Assembly (NCBI RefSeq): GCF_964355755.1
Contig: NC_092673.1
Span: 25,417,648-25,481,647 of the forward strand
Direction of reading: 5' to 3'
DNA length: 64,000 nucleotides
Source of the DNA: Antedon mediterranea
Lineage: Eukaryota > Animalia > Echinodermata
Translations under genes and position numbers: made by a program
Shown here: in pieces, positions 25,869 to 39,618 of the stretch
Position numbering within the stretch: the stretch's first letter is position 1
Layout of the letters: every line of letters starts with the position of its first letter
Notes under the pieces: generated by a model
Database searches by the model: none
Told to the model about the DNA's origin: nothing
Seen by the model: the letters and a program-made list of their open reading frames with translations, nothing else

Positions 25869-26302
25869 AGCTTTGTCTACACTATCAAACCAGTTTGACA
25901 AGAAAAGTGTGATGTGCCTAAATATGGTAGTGATATGACATCATCGTGTCCATATTCAGTGTGGACACATCACACTATTTTTGTCAAACTGGTTTGATAG
26001 TGTAGACAGCATAAGCTTGAGAGAGTGTCAAACTTCAGTAGGCAACATTAACTTTAAAAATAAAAAAAAGCGTGGGGAAATAGAAAAAGTAATCATTGTG
26101 TTTAGGCTACCAGGCCTAATAATAGTTATTCAAAAATATAAGATATTTGATATTTTTACTGTAAAGCCTTGTCTACACTATCAAACTTTATTTGTATATG
26201 GTAGTGCTATGTTTAAATATGGTAGTGATATGACATCATCATGTCCATATATGGGCACATCACATTTTTGACAAATAAAGTTTGATAGTGTAGACAAGGC
26301 TT
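25869..26302. mobile_element. Two MITE family B copies (25869-26012, 26165-26302)
   Basis: TIRs AGC(T/C)TTGTCTACACTATCAAAC...GTTTGATAGTGTAGACA with shared core ATATGGTAGTGATATGACATC. Confidence 0.8.
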
Positions 26303-27574
26303 TAGTCTAATAAAAGTTTGTAAATCCAATGTTTAAACAAAGAAGCCTCCTAACATGGAGATGTTAGAAAAACAGAAAATCACTGAATGACAAAACAAAA
26401 ATTGCTAATCAATAATGTAAGTAAATGTTTTTTTTGTCTTGTGTGTGTAAGTAAATGTTAGTAAATATTTTTGATCGATGGGTTCGTTATTGTTGTTAAT
26501 AGTTGTTTTGCCATCAAGCTAAATAATGTGTACATCGTAATTGTTTTCAAGCAATATAACATCGCATATTTGTAATAGGCCAACTTACATTAAAAGAGGC
26601 ATTCTCATTGAGTTTCATCTCGTATTTGAAAACACGCATACAACATTCTTGTTGAAGAACAATGGTGTTGGAAATCTAACCCCTTTCTTTGCACTTATAT
26701 TTCAAAACATTCGTCTTTTGTCTGATATCGTTATTCAAACTAATTGATCTCTCGAAAACCTCAATAATGTGTTTTCTGTCCTTGATAAACACTCCTTCTC
26801 AAAATGACCATACATCTACATCAATATAATTGCATACCTCTTTAGTTGCTTAGCAAGCAAGTGGTTATTTCGTATTTATTTCTACGAGAATTTCTCTTTT
26901 TTCTCTTGAAATCACCAACACTTACAAAGTAGTTGCCCATTAGCCCGATAATCGTTAAATTTAATCAGTCTTTCTGAGATTACAAAATTAATCATCTTAT
27001 TAACCACAAAATAAATTTGTGTTTCTGATGAAGAAATCTGGGAAAACCATCTCAATAAAGATCATCTTATCTCATTGAAGTGAAAATTTACATCACTCGT
27101 TTTGGAAAAGATGATAACAACAATAGTAATTAAGGATATAATGATTGATAGAAAAAGTTGTTTTTGGATATACGCAAGATGTATCTACTGTAGGCCTATT
27201 CCAATCATGCAGTTCTAATCAAGGAAAACGCATAAACCAAATACACTGTGGAAGCAGCACAGTAGCCTTACCTTAATTTGTTTAATAATCGAATTTAATC
27301 ATTTGCAAATACATCAATACAACGAATGCGAATTGCCGCGCGATTGTAATATTATCTTTCGCGCTGCTGTTAAGCGAGCCAAAGATTTGAACATTTGAAT
27401 AAGTTACTTCAGTATTTGTAAACGTACTGTATACTATCGTGGTAGTATTTTAGTTAAAACTCTAAAAATTAAAGTACAGCGTAATCATGAGGTTTAATTT
27501 AAATCAAAAATGTTTGCACAAAATTATTCAATTTATTACTGGAACTGCCACTAGTTTACATGAATTAATAACAA

Positions 27575-28915
27575 CTAGATGGCACGCTCGCTTCGCTCGC
27601 GTACCATCTAGGTCGTGCCCACAGATGGTTCTCGAATACACAGTATTTTCCAGCGAGAAAAAATGGAGATTCGCTCGCGTACCATCTAGGTCGTGGCCCG
27701 ACAGATGGTTCTCGAATACACAGTATTTTCCAGCGAGAAAAAAATGGAGATTTCAAATGTACGTACTGCAGGACTATAATACATTGTCGTTTACAGAAAC
27801 GAATAAATATACACGATGATTTATGTAGTCCGCTAAAATTAGCACCCTGGGAATTACTTCCGAGAGAGAAACAAAATGAGTCAAATTTGGACTGATTTAA
27901 AACAAACCCAATTTGTGTTTTGTATGTAACATTAAGGGTTGAGGGATGGGGGAAGAAGATAGGTACAAAGAGGAAACATTTTAAAATATATTCTTATCCA
28001 CTCAGTAACGAAATATTGTTTTTAATGTTTTATAGGACTATAAATAATATACCACTAAATACAGTAAAACATTTACGATTTAATACTTTGTTAAAACTCT
28101 CACTGTCATAGTCGATTGAAATAGTAAAGTACATGTAACGATACACCACTACGTACGTTTATATATTTTTAAATTATTAATTAATACAAACGTTGAGAAG
28201 CAACTGTCAGTAATAACGTTTATTTATTTGTATATTATATGTTTATAATCTAACAGTAGGGCCTACCCACACTCACAGTAATAAAGTTTATTTGTATATT
28301 TGTTTATATTATATCTAACAGTATCAACACTCACAGTAAGAAATTTGCGATTCAAATTGCGATCAAAAGTGCATTGGAATACTATTTATGTTTATTCTCC
28401 AAGGGGGCCCATAAATCTAAATCTATACCTCTATGGTTAAACCAAATAATTTGGAATGTTCCATTCATCACAAATCAATACATTTGTAAAAACGTATATT
28501 ACATGTATCAAAATAGCATTTTTTAAAGAAAATCGGCCTGTCTTCAACATTATGATGCTGTACTCGAACTGTTCAACCGGTTTTCAGCTATTAAAAACAA
28601 TTATCGTAGGAGGAGATAGGAAAATGCGAAGTGTCCTCGTATTATTGTGTGCGGGTATTTTTCAAATTGGACATCCATTAGACAGTGTATACCACGATCG
28701 GAAAACACCCCTATTTGGGGCAAATCGTTGAACCTAAATTCGTTTTAATCGTCAATAACTAATTATCGAATTCAATTTAATTAGCAAATAGGGTTACATC
28801 AGGTGGTTAAAATCAGTACCGAAAGTACCAACCAACTTTACATACCATCGAGTAAACATTCTAGAAATAACGCGCGATTTACCGAATTTTGCCCTTACGT
28901 AAATTTATATATAGA
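27575..28915 (-). mobile_element. Non-autonomous Helitron
   Basis: On the minus strand it begins A|TCTATATATAAATTTACG at 28915 and ends with hairpin CTAGATGGTACGCGAGCGAAGCGAGCGTGCCAT-CTAG|T at 27575. The first ~240 bp are shared with 61345-61589. An internal ~79-bp tandem duplication lies at ~27592-27752. Confidence 0.7.
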
Positions 28916-29517
28916 TAATAGCTATAATCCCACACCGTACCACGATCACGTTTACATTAAAAGTGATATCATTATTAAATTATTAACTTCATTCATGGAT
29001 CATTATAACAAATATACGAGGATATTAGAAAGTTTTATAGACATTCTCAAGATAGAAGCTGTATATTATTTATGTTAAGTCGTAAATCGAACCAATAACA
29101 CATCTATGCTTTCGTCTGTTCATATCGAAACAAAAACACACTTTAAATCGATGCAAGAATTGTTAGTTATACTGAATTCATAACTTCAAGAAGGTCTCTC
29201 TCAAGTCAACTCATTCATATTTTATTTACTTAAGGCGTGATGCAAATTAAATTCTAGCAAAAAGAAAATTAACCACGTCGACACTAACGGACGACTGGAA
29301 CGAAGAAGAAGAAAAAACAATCTATCTAATGACCGCGTGGTTGAAAAAAATCAGCATTGTTCGACACGATATCATCAACGGAACACGTACGCAAAATTTA
29401 GCTCTCTGTCATTTCATTAAGTTGATTGAGTTTTCATACTGTCACCACCGACTCACTCATTCAGTTAACTTTACCAGACGCCGTTAGAGTAGAGACTTTA
29501 TCAAGATATTTCCAGAA

Positions 29518-32500
29518 ATGCAGGAGTGTTGTCGAATACTACTGGTTCTTTTTGCGTTGGTGTCATTATCTACAGCTTGTTTTTGGAGGACATGTCCTGT
29601 AGGGGGAAAACGAACAGCGTTTAGGCCCTTAAGACAGGTAAAGTTTAACAATTATATTTTTTTTTAACTATTACTAATATTATAGTAACGTTTCATTAAG
29701 ATTTTATTTTCTTTAAATTTAATGTTGAATAAATTGATTTGAAATGGCAACAAACTGTATTATTTACTTGTTTTTAAGCTCTCGATTATTAATTTTTTCT
29801 TCGTCCATCAACTTCTTATGGTGAACTACAAATATATTTTTTATCTGATTAATTATATTTCTAAAGAATTATGCCTTTTAAATGTTAAATTTGTTTATAC
29901 ATTTCTCTATGGATGAGAACGATCTTTTGCTAAGACTTCTTTAATTCTCATTGAATCTTGATAAATTAATTGTTTAGCATCATATCATACATCTGGTTCC
30001 ACAGAAACATCTTAATTCTTCAAGCAATTACTTTATTATTATCTAATAATAATCCTTTTTTGTATAAATCTCAATAGACTTGAAAACAAAAATATCTAAT
30101 ACCATCTTAACTTCAAGTATCACAAACAAAGACATCCAATCATAGAGATTAAATGACGTAATTCAGTCTGTTATTTTGATTTATTGAATACAAACCCGTA
30201 ATGAATATGAACGAATATCTCCCTCTACAACGATCATACAGTAAGTTGCTTGGAAATTGTTCTCTATTTATACCTTTTGATACAAAGCACTGTAAAAGCA
30301 CGATACATAATGTAATATAATTTTATTTCGCACTCACCATCGATAACCGGTTAAAAGGCCAATGTACGGTTCTCGAGAAAATAATATTTCCGTCGTGGTC
30401 AAAAAAGGGTAGGAACGGAGATTTAAAAAAAAAACACGTTCTGCATAAAAGAAAGATTAGCCTTTATCTTGTAAAAGTACTACTAAATTTAGGAAGACGC
30501 TTTTCATTTTATGGTTGGTTGTTGCCGTCAGCTGCAGACACGATACTCAGTCTGACGATACGATACTTCAAGCTGTTCTTGTCGCCGATATCATAGAACC
30601 GTGCGAGATTCAACTGTTTATGGGTAACATTAGGTCTACCCTTATGATAGAGCGCATCATGCCAAAGTTATCGCTCGAACTGTCACTTGCCATTGTTCAA
30701 CTCGTTCGCGTTACGCTTACAGACGTCCTTGCGTTGCGTCCATAGAACCAAGCTTTAAAGAGAAGAACATGTTTTGCGAACATGTTTTGTTGTTGTTAGG
30801 CCCACGTTTTCGGATGTACATTAGATAGTTACCAATAGGAATGTGGAGGCAGAGTAACATTAAGATGACATTAGAGTTCGTTTGGAGTCATAGCGTTTAT
30901 GAATTCTGTGAAACTAGGTATATTTCCAGAATACTTGTCACGAATTATTATTCTAACATTCACAGCAAGAGCCTAACAGCACGATATATAAACAAAGGAA
31001 ACAATTATTACGAGAAATTTTAAAATGTTAAACTAAATAACAACGACCGTAATTCAGGTAGTATTATTAATCAATATTTTACACAAACAAAACAAGCTAT
31101 ATAAATTACGAGCACTAAAGAATCATATGGCAAATTATACCTGTAAGAGAAGATAAACCATTTTCTTAACCTTTCAATAAGGTAATAATTCGCTTAAATG
31201 ACGTACCTCATGTACTGAACTCTGTGGGCGTTCTTGATGGTAATGGGTAATGAAAATTGTGTGATGCTACATAACAATAATACTTTACAATACTGTTGTA
31301 ACATCATGTTTTAATCAAAGCTTCATGGTGTGAAGATTCATTAAACCGCGTGATGGATCGGTACATTGTCGGATCGTTTATAAATACAGTAGTAAAAAAA
31401 TACACTTTTAGCGATCTCTGCCAATCTACCGTACATGATATTGATTAAACAAACCTGGTAAATTATTGTTATAAATTATTTTCTAAGCGAAAAGCGATGT
31501 TAAGTTATTTCAATCACACGGGTGTGTTTTTACTTTTGTTACTATATTGTACATTTCCGCGTACCGCGTTTCCATTTCGTGTTTTAAATTTCCCGCCCGC
31601 TATCTAACATTGACTAAAGTTCATAAACATGAGACGTTAGCCAAAATATAACACTTCGACAAGGCCAAAATATTTTTATATCAAGCGGTTGGTATAATGT
31701 ACATAATACATGATACAATGGTATACAATTACAAAGTGTACTTTTTTATTTAAGGGTATTTGAGGTAAAATATCTCGTTATATTCTAATTATATTACGTT
31801 ACAGTGGATGCACTTGGTGGTAATGTTTGGTTTAACCGGTCATATGTCCTCAATAGCCGACTGCACAAGAACACCCCATAAAATATACTACTATTATCAA
31901 TGACTTTATGCTATAATAATGTTACCCAAGTCGGCTGTATAAAATTATATAGTTATTGACAAAAGCCTAAAGCGTAAGGTTACAAGTCATTATCCCCATA
32001 GCAATGTTGTTTCAGAAAATTATGATTGAACTTAATAGTCAGTTTTATCATGTTTTTTCGAGCTCGTCCTCTGGATAACCTTTTAAAATTCTCCTGACAT
32101 GATTTTAAAAATATTGTTATTATGTATTATGGCCTAACATTATAACATAAAAAAAATGTATACGTCGCCTTCATAATCTTAACTGAACTGGGGATTGTCA
32201 TTTTGTGTTGATACATACGGTATCAATAAAGCTTGGTTCCCACTAGGACGCAACGCAAGAACGTAAGCCGCAACGCCAGGACGTAAGCCGCAACGGAAGG
32301 ACGTAAGCCACGACGCAAGGACGTAAGCCGCAGCGCAAGGACGTAAGCCGCCACGCAAGCAAATTGACCAATGAGTGCCTTTTAATAAATGTGTGTAACA
32401 TCGTATTGACGGTTTCTAAAAATGTTCGTGCCATAAAGATTTTTAAGGGCACATCACATGCACTGCAGACAATATAATAAAGTTACCGTAATATTGTCGA

Positions 32501-35500
32501 AGAGTGACGTCAATATTTGAGGGCAATATAGCTCCGGGAAATGTACCAAGGTTGATACTGTGATATATAAAAACAAATAAATAATGGTATTAATTAATTA
32601 AAACACATTATAGTGTTATTGCTTTAGTGGTTTACTGGCGCACGTGTCGGGCCGTAGAAAAATGGGCGTTTCCTAGCCTATGAGGGAGTATACGCGTGGC
32701 CTAATGAATCTTTCCCACGTATTGTTCAAAAGGTTGACCAAACACGGATGTATTTGGCTTGCTTTGCTATTGTATTATATGTGGTTGTTGTAACAAAGGT
32801 TGATATCAAGATAGACTATATCAATCAAATCTATATTTTTAATCAACTTATTCAATGAAACCAATCCCACAGGGAAAATTAGCCACTGTTCGCTAAGATT
32901 TGTACCGCTAATTTATCGAAATGGGTCTTTTAATCACGCGTGCGTTGAATCGTTGATTAGCAAATGAAATTTAAGATATTATTTTGATATATATTTCCAT
33001 ACTTGTTTACGTTTAGCTGTTTTAGGCAATACAATCTTGTATTGTGTTTGTAGTTAAAGGTTACTTCGGGGATTAAGCTTTCCACTATCGACGTAACGTA
33101 ACGCAATCTACGTAACGTAACAAAATGCCTTTCTAATAATTGTATTTCCTCCCGCCTGCGCGCGTGAAATCAAACCTTTGATGTTTGCAGCAGCACTGTT
33201 GCGTCATCGGTGGTATAGAGGAACTATACACTATTTATCATGCCTCGGAGTTTTATCTATAATTTCAAACATTAACGGAACTGAAGGCCCTAATTTTTCA
33301 AATGTTTTGATAACTTATTACTCTAACGACCAGTAAAATTAGGATATCTGTAGGCCTATTTATATATTACATTTTTAATTGTCTATGGTTTTCAACACTC
33401 TTATATTTTGAGCAGTGAACTTTTCTATCAAAATAAACTCTCGGTTACGTTTCAATTTGTTATTTAATTCACAAATGTAAATTCATTAAAGTATCGCAAA
33501 ACGGCATGGACTGTACAGTAGGCTACTGTACATCATAACCAGCTGGTTTGTGGTTTATGAACGTGAATCTGGAAGCTTGGTTCCCATTAGTGACGCAACG
33601 TAACGTAATCTACGCAACGTAAGAAAATGCCCTTCCAATCTTAGGGTTTGCCCCCGCCTGCGTGAAATCAAATCTACGATGTTTGCAGTACTATTGCGTC
33701 GTCGGTTTCCACTTGTGACTACTCAATCCATCACTTTGCGTCAATACGTCGCTGCGTTGCCTTCTAGTGGGAACCACGCTTTAGCAAACAGCCTGAAAAC
33801 AATTTGGGACCACATATAGTAAAATGTTTTTATATTACATGACAACCAATATTTATAGGAGTAAAGTATATAGTATTAGTAATTCACATTGTTTAGCAAC
33901 TCTTGGGAGTGTCGTACGTAATGCTTATTAAAGCTTGGTTCCCACTAGGACGCAACGCAAGGACGTGAATTGACCAATCACAAGAGCGATGGATTATTCG
34001 AACTGACGCTTTTCTCAGTAGTCGACACGCTTGCGTTTCGTTTACGTCTTTGCGTTGCGTCCTAGTGAGAACCAAGTTTAAGCGTGGTTCCCACTATGCA
34101 GAAAAATATTGACGCAAAGTGCTGTATTGCGTAATCACAAGTAGGAACCGACGACGCAACATTGCTGCAAACATCGCATGTTTGATTTCACGCAGGCTGG
34201 GGAAAACACAATTATCGGAAGGACATTTTCTTACGTTGCGAGGTTGCGTTACGTTGCGTCGCTAGTGGGAACCATGCTTTAGTAAAAATGATTTCACGTC
34301 AAATTGATGGCAAATAAGAATAAGATGCGTATACTACACAAGCAATGATTGAAAAGGATCTATGCGGTGACAGGATGTATAAATCAGTACGTCTATATAG
34401 ATCGTAAAATGTGCTCATCAAATGTCAGGTCTTACTGTACCTGTTTACTCTATTCAATTTTTACATTCATGAATAAAAAACGCTATATTCGTTAGAATAT
34501 TAAATATAGGTCTATAAATTCTATAAAATGACTCATGATTCGATAACATTTGATTCTTATCACTAAATTAGATAATAATTGTCTGATGATGTCATAACAA
34601 ATGTGTATGTATTGAATGTGCAATTGGTATGTAGGTGATGGCTCTCCAAACGATGGAGGCATTGGGCGTTTTGAGCTTTTTCGGAATATTTTCATACCTG
34701 TTTGGCACTGCCCATGGGCCCCCTTAGCCAGTAAAGCTTGGTTCTCACTAGAACGTAACGCAAGGGCGTAAACGCAACGCAAGCGTTTTAACCAATGACA
34801 AGCGAAGTTATACTAGACAGTAAAGCTTGGTTCCCACTAGAACGTAACGCAAGGACGTAAACGCAACGCAAGCGTTTTAACCAATGACAAGCGAAGTTAT
34901 AGACAGTTAGCAATCACAAGCGAATAAGCCATCGCTTGTGATTGGTCAATTCAATTGCGTTGCGTTACGTCCTTGTGTTGCGTCGCTAGTGGGAACCACG
35001 CTTTAGCAATCACAAGCGAATAAGCCATCGCTTGTGATTAGTCAATTCACTTGCGTTGCATTACGTCCTTGTGTTGCGTCGCTAGTGGGAACCACGCTTA
35101 AGCGCTCACGCCATTGTGTGTACTCATTATTTGTCGGAGTACTGTACTTTTGTATTCTTGGCGTTTTCGGTTTACAGTATAAAAAGTATACAGTAGTACT
35201 GTAAACAAAAAATATTTGGGGCAAAGGTCGAACTGTAATACGAGGGAACGAGTCTATGTTTGGTGGTAGAAGCAAGGACCTAAACCGCAACGCAAGCCAG
35301 TTGACCAATGACAACCGATAATAATCGCGCGCCTGAAGGTGATTGGTCAAATAATTTTCGTTGCGCTTACGTCCTTGCGTTGATATGAATGAATAGAATA
35401 TAGATAATCAAAACGCATAAGATACTATATTGTGTGGATATAGATTACGTATTATACCCAAAAAATCGTTTATGTTAATTTTATGAGGAATACCATGTTA

Positions 35501-38500
35501 ATGGATAGTTTATTGCATAGGTTATATTTGGTAAGGTATGAACGCTTGCAACAAAGTAGTCATTTAATTGATTTGTTGCAGTCGACATAGGCAAAATGTC
35601 TTATGGCAAAGAAACTTGTACAACAAGGGTATTGTTAGCTCAGTTTAATACTTTAAGTAAATGTCATGACATCGCATAATTCACACACGGCTTTATTCAT
35701 AACAAAACAGTTTTTTTTTGTTCTTTAAAAGTATTAATTTTATTTTACTGTCTACAGTACGTAAGGGCACATCGTAGCGGGCTGCTATTTGAATACTTCT
35801 TTGAACTACCTTGCGGCTCAGTGTGGTTTCGATTTAATTGCCGTAATACATATGTATAATAGTTTTTGGAAGGCCGGTATTATATTCCAAAAGCATTTTA
35901 TTATCTAGATACACATTTTCTTATAAACTATCCTGATAAACTGCTGACTATACCTATTTACAAGACAAATCAGTTGCAAAAAAAGATAACATGTAATTAG
36001 TCGGTAGCCATGGACTTTCCTGCAGAATTTCCTGAAGATATCTGCCAATCCAAACGTTTATTAATAAACTAAACAAACTAAACTAAATAATTATTATTCA
36101 TAACGTATCTAATGTGTGTGATTTAATGTAATGCCGATGCACTTTCAATACATAAAGGACGCAACAGAAGGTTCGAAACAGTCCTATCACATAAGTTGAT
36201 GATGATTGTAATAATACTAAATTAATGTATGTGTCTAGTAATTAATTTTTTTTTATTTTAGCTTAAGTCATGATTTGAATAGGTGACTGATTTTATAATT
36301 ATTTATGTGATACTTTATTTTAAATCTATAGACAAAATTGTAATTGTACGCATTTCATCCTTTGCCTGCCTTACTGTAGGTTGTATTAAGTTTATGAATG
36401 AATGAATTTAACATTCATAAATTAAAAATATATAGGCCTATATATATATATAATTATAAAGACATATTAAGAGAAATATTTAGGCATTGAGACCTATATA
36501 TATGTGTGTTCATTAACCACAAGGGATCAGGCTGCAAAACCTTCAATCCATATAATGGAAATGTTGAGATGTAAAAGAAATCTGAAAATACATTAAGGAT
36601 ATAGGCCTACACCCTAACGAGAGTCAAGAATGATAATGGAATTAAATACATCCCATCGGTGTGTTACATTTGAGTGTATGTCGGATGATGATAATTGCAT
36701 GTTATTATTTGTGGTATGATAATATAATGATAACAATGCAATGCATACGGAATATTATTATACGATTTATCAAATAATACGTTGATAATTACATTAAAGT
36801 TACAATAATATATGATATATACATACACCATTTATATTGCGCCTTATCGAAACATTTCAAGGCGCATTGCAGATTAAAGCTATTAGTGTTAATAATAATG
36901 GTGGTGGACGAAGTTCATGATAGGGCACGATGACGAAGGCCCCTGGTATAGCATTCCTCCAACACCGGGTAGTTGCATTGGACTGCTCATGCTCTGCGGC
37001 CCCTTGAGCTATGGGGCCCCTTGAGCTCTTGGGCCTCTTGGTTTGAGTTTGGTTCCCACTAGAACGCAACGCAAGGACGTATGCGCAACATAAGCGAGTT
37101 GACCAATGACAAGCCACTGTTCGAATCGTTTGTGACTGGTCAAATCACTTACGTTGCGTTAAGTTCCTGCGTTGCATCGCTAGTGGGAACCAAGCTTTAG
37201 CAGTGAGCGCCACTGATTATAAATATTATTGTACTGAAAATGTATTAATGATGTTATTATTAGTGATAGTATTTAAAATGTAATAGTATTTAAAATAATT
37301 TTATCAGGTAGTGGAGACACGTTTTACGGAATTTATAACTATAACAATTTATTTTCATTTAAAGTGTTAGTTAATGATGTAATAAAGGCGCCAGATATTT
37401 TTATCAGTAGTTAGTTGACATTTAAATCAATTGTACTTACAGATTGTAAAGAGAAAAGAAAATGGTCAAGAAATGAGTATTTATTGCCAAACAGTCATTC
37501 GTTTAATTGTTTTCAATTGTCTGGTTTTTTTAGACGAATACAGAAAACAGTTAAAACCATTGTGACAATTAATGTTTTACTGGTCTTTAAAAAAATAGAA
37601 AGAAAAACACAATCAACTGCTTATGTGTCTCCGGTTGATTCTATTTGAAAATGTTTCTAACAATTCTAATATCAATCATAATGATTCAATCCATCAAACT
37701 ATTCGACATGACATGCAGTAGATACCCTAGGCTCCTTTGGAATACTGTACCCTAATGCAAGGGAATACCAATATTAAATAGACACTCTCGTTAACGAGCA
37801 TGGAGCAATGCGTTCGTTTTAAAAATATGATTTAAGACGATGTCGATTATTTAAACATCTTCTATTATTTAAATTAAACTGTATTATATTTATTAAATTG
37901 GGAAAAGGTGATTTAATAAATGGACTTATTTGTATTTCTTTTTTTTTTCGCAGTGTCCAAAATGTGGACCATTTGAAGGTGGACAGTGTGTAGGGCCTTT
38001 ATTATGCTGTGGTGAATCATTTGGTTGTCATTTAGCCACGCCAGATACACTGGTCTGTTCCGAAGAAAGTCGTCTTTCTACACCTTGTACTGGACTAGAG
38101 TTGCAATCAAGTTGTCGATCTGTAGAGGGCGGAAGTTGTGCTACAAGTTATATTTGTTGTAATGAAGGTAATGAAGGCGGGATATTTAATTTGAAATAAA
38201 ATAGTGTGTATAGTTTTTCGTTTTAGTTTATTCATGAACATTTACATATAGGTCTATAGTTTATTAATCATTATTTTAAGGAATTATCGGTGAATGACGT
38301 CACGAATTTTGCTGCAGTTATGCTGTGCTGTAGCTAAGTACGGCTCTCAGAATCGGTACCACGGACGATCACTGCACCAGGCGCCCATTTCAAGAAACCC
38401 TGAATCCTTACTTTTTTAGCCTAGGCCTAACCCACCTAACATTTAAAAAATCAAAAGTAGTCTAGGCTAGGCCTACTATATAATGCTACTACAGACCTGA

Positions 38501-39618
38501 AATAAACTGAACGCTGTAAATAAGGTATACCTACAAACTCTCTAATCTAGCTCTACTGGAGGTTTGGCTGTGTTACGGCCTGGTCAGCCTCGCTCGGAAG
38601 CCCATCCTCTCTACCACCCCTGCTAGGCTCTACCCGCAAGCTAGCCTATGGCCTAAGACTTTTTATTTTTTAGATCTTACTAGCTTTTTAACTTACGTTT
38701 TACGTAGATGAACATCACTATATGCTAGTCATTCACAATCACATTTTAAACAGGGCCTATTATGCTATAATATTTTCCAAGAAGATTTATTTTCAGCAGC
38801 AGACGATAATTGACACGATTAAACGTCGTAAACGTCACGAATAATTTATTCATGCGTATTTTTGTGAGAAATGGGCGGAGCAACTAAAAATTATATAGAG
38901 AGACGCACGTTGCCTGGGGTAAAGCTTGGTTCCCACTAGAACGTAACCGTACGCAAGGACGTGTACGCAAGGACGTAAACGCAACGCAAGCGTTTTAACC
39001 CATGACAAGCGAAGTTATAGACAGGTAGCAATCACAAGCAAATAAGCCATCGCTTGTAATTGGTCAATTCACTTGCGTTTCGTCGCTAGTGGGAACCACG
39101 CTTTAGGGATGAAGTCACGTGTTGCGAAGGGTTTATGGCGGTTTACACGTTTTAAAACGAAACTCATTTAATAACATTACGGAATGGTAAAACGACGAGG
39201 ATCGACTGACAATCGTAAACCGCAACGCAAGCGAATTGACCAATCAAAAGTGATGGATTATTCGAACTCGTGATTGGTCATTTCACTTCGTTGTTGCATC
39301 AAAGAAAGTGGGAACAAACCTTATTAAGTTTTAAAACATGCGCAGCGCAAGAGCATAATTTGACCAATCACGACGCGATTGATCATCTATCGCGTCGTGA
39401 TTGGTAAACGTTGCGTTGCATCCTAGTAGGGAACCAAGCTTCATAGCGTCTTTCTGAAATACGACGTCTTTCTAATAAGTGTTTTTTGTATTTTATTTAC
39501 AGATACGTGTGCCATAGATTATTCTTGTGAGAGTGGTAGAATATCAAACTCACATTTACCACAGGAAACGTCAGCAAATCGTCAACTTTGGGACGCGTTT
39601 GTTAACGCAAACAACTAA
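29518..39618 (+). CDS. crinotocin: Vasopressin/oxytocin-type neuropeptide precursor (crinotocin-neurophysin), 149 aa, 3 exons
   Basis: Exons 29518-29637, 37954-38167, 39503-39618. Signal peptide MQECCRILLVLFALVSLSTA, nonapeptide CFWRTCPVG (29578-29604) plus GKR, 14-Cys neurophysin (CPKCGP...QCVGPLLCCG...GC...C.EE..L.TPC...CC...C...C) and a short C-terminal tail. Intron phases 0 and 1 match vertebrate AVP/OXT. Confidence 0.97.
32230..32375. mobile_element. MITE family A half copy with internal 20-bp tandem expansion
   Basis: AGCTTGGTTCCCACTAGG followed by ~5 repeats of GCAAGGACGTAAGCCGCAAC. Confidence 0.75.
33574..35099. mobile_element. Cluster of MITE family A copies (33574-33780, 33932-34078, 34081-34278, and nested/duplicated copies 34736-35099)
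   Basis: Repeated TIRs AGC(T/G)TGGTTCCCACTA / TAGTGGGAACCA(A/C)GCT. Confidence 0.8.
37047..37197. mobile_element. MITE family A copy
   Basis: TTGGTTCCCACTAGAACGCAACGC...CTAGTGGGAACCAAGCT. Confidence 0.8.
38923..39441. mobile_element. MITE family A copies in crinotocin intron 2 (full copy 38923-39102 plus partials)
   Basis: Same TIRs and internal CCAATCACAAGCG motifs as the other family A copies. Confidence 0.75.

Noticed and set aside
27020-27050. CTGATGA...GAAA near 27025 as another hammerhead
   Set aside because: No stem II closing next to GAAA and no stem I or III pairing.
32243-37117. ORFs sharing VLALRSSGNQAL-like peptides, suggesting a nested gene family
   Set aside because: They are translations of MITE family A terminal repeats.
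5238-39618. Synteny echo of human 20p13, which carries both SDCBP2 and AVP/OXT
   Set aside because: The human genes are not adjacent and these PH-PDZ genes are not shown to be syntenin orthologues; unsupported without phylogeny.
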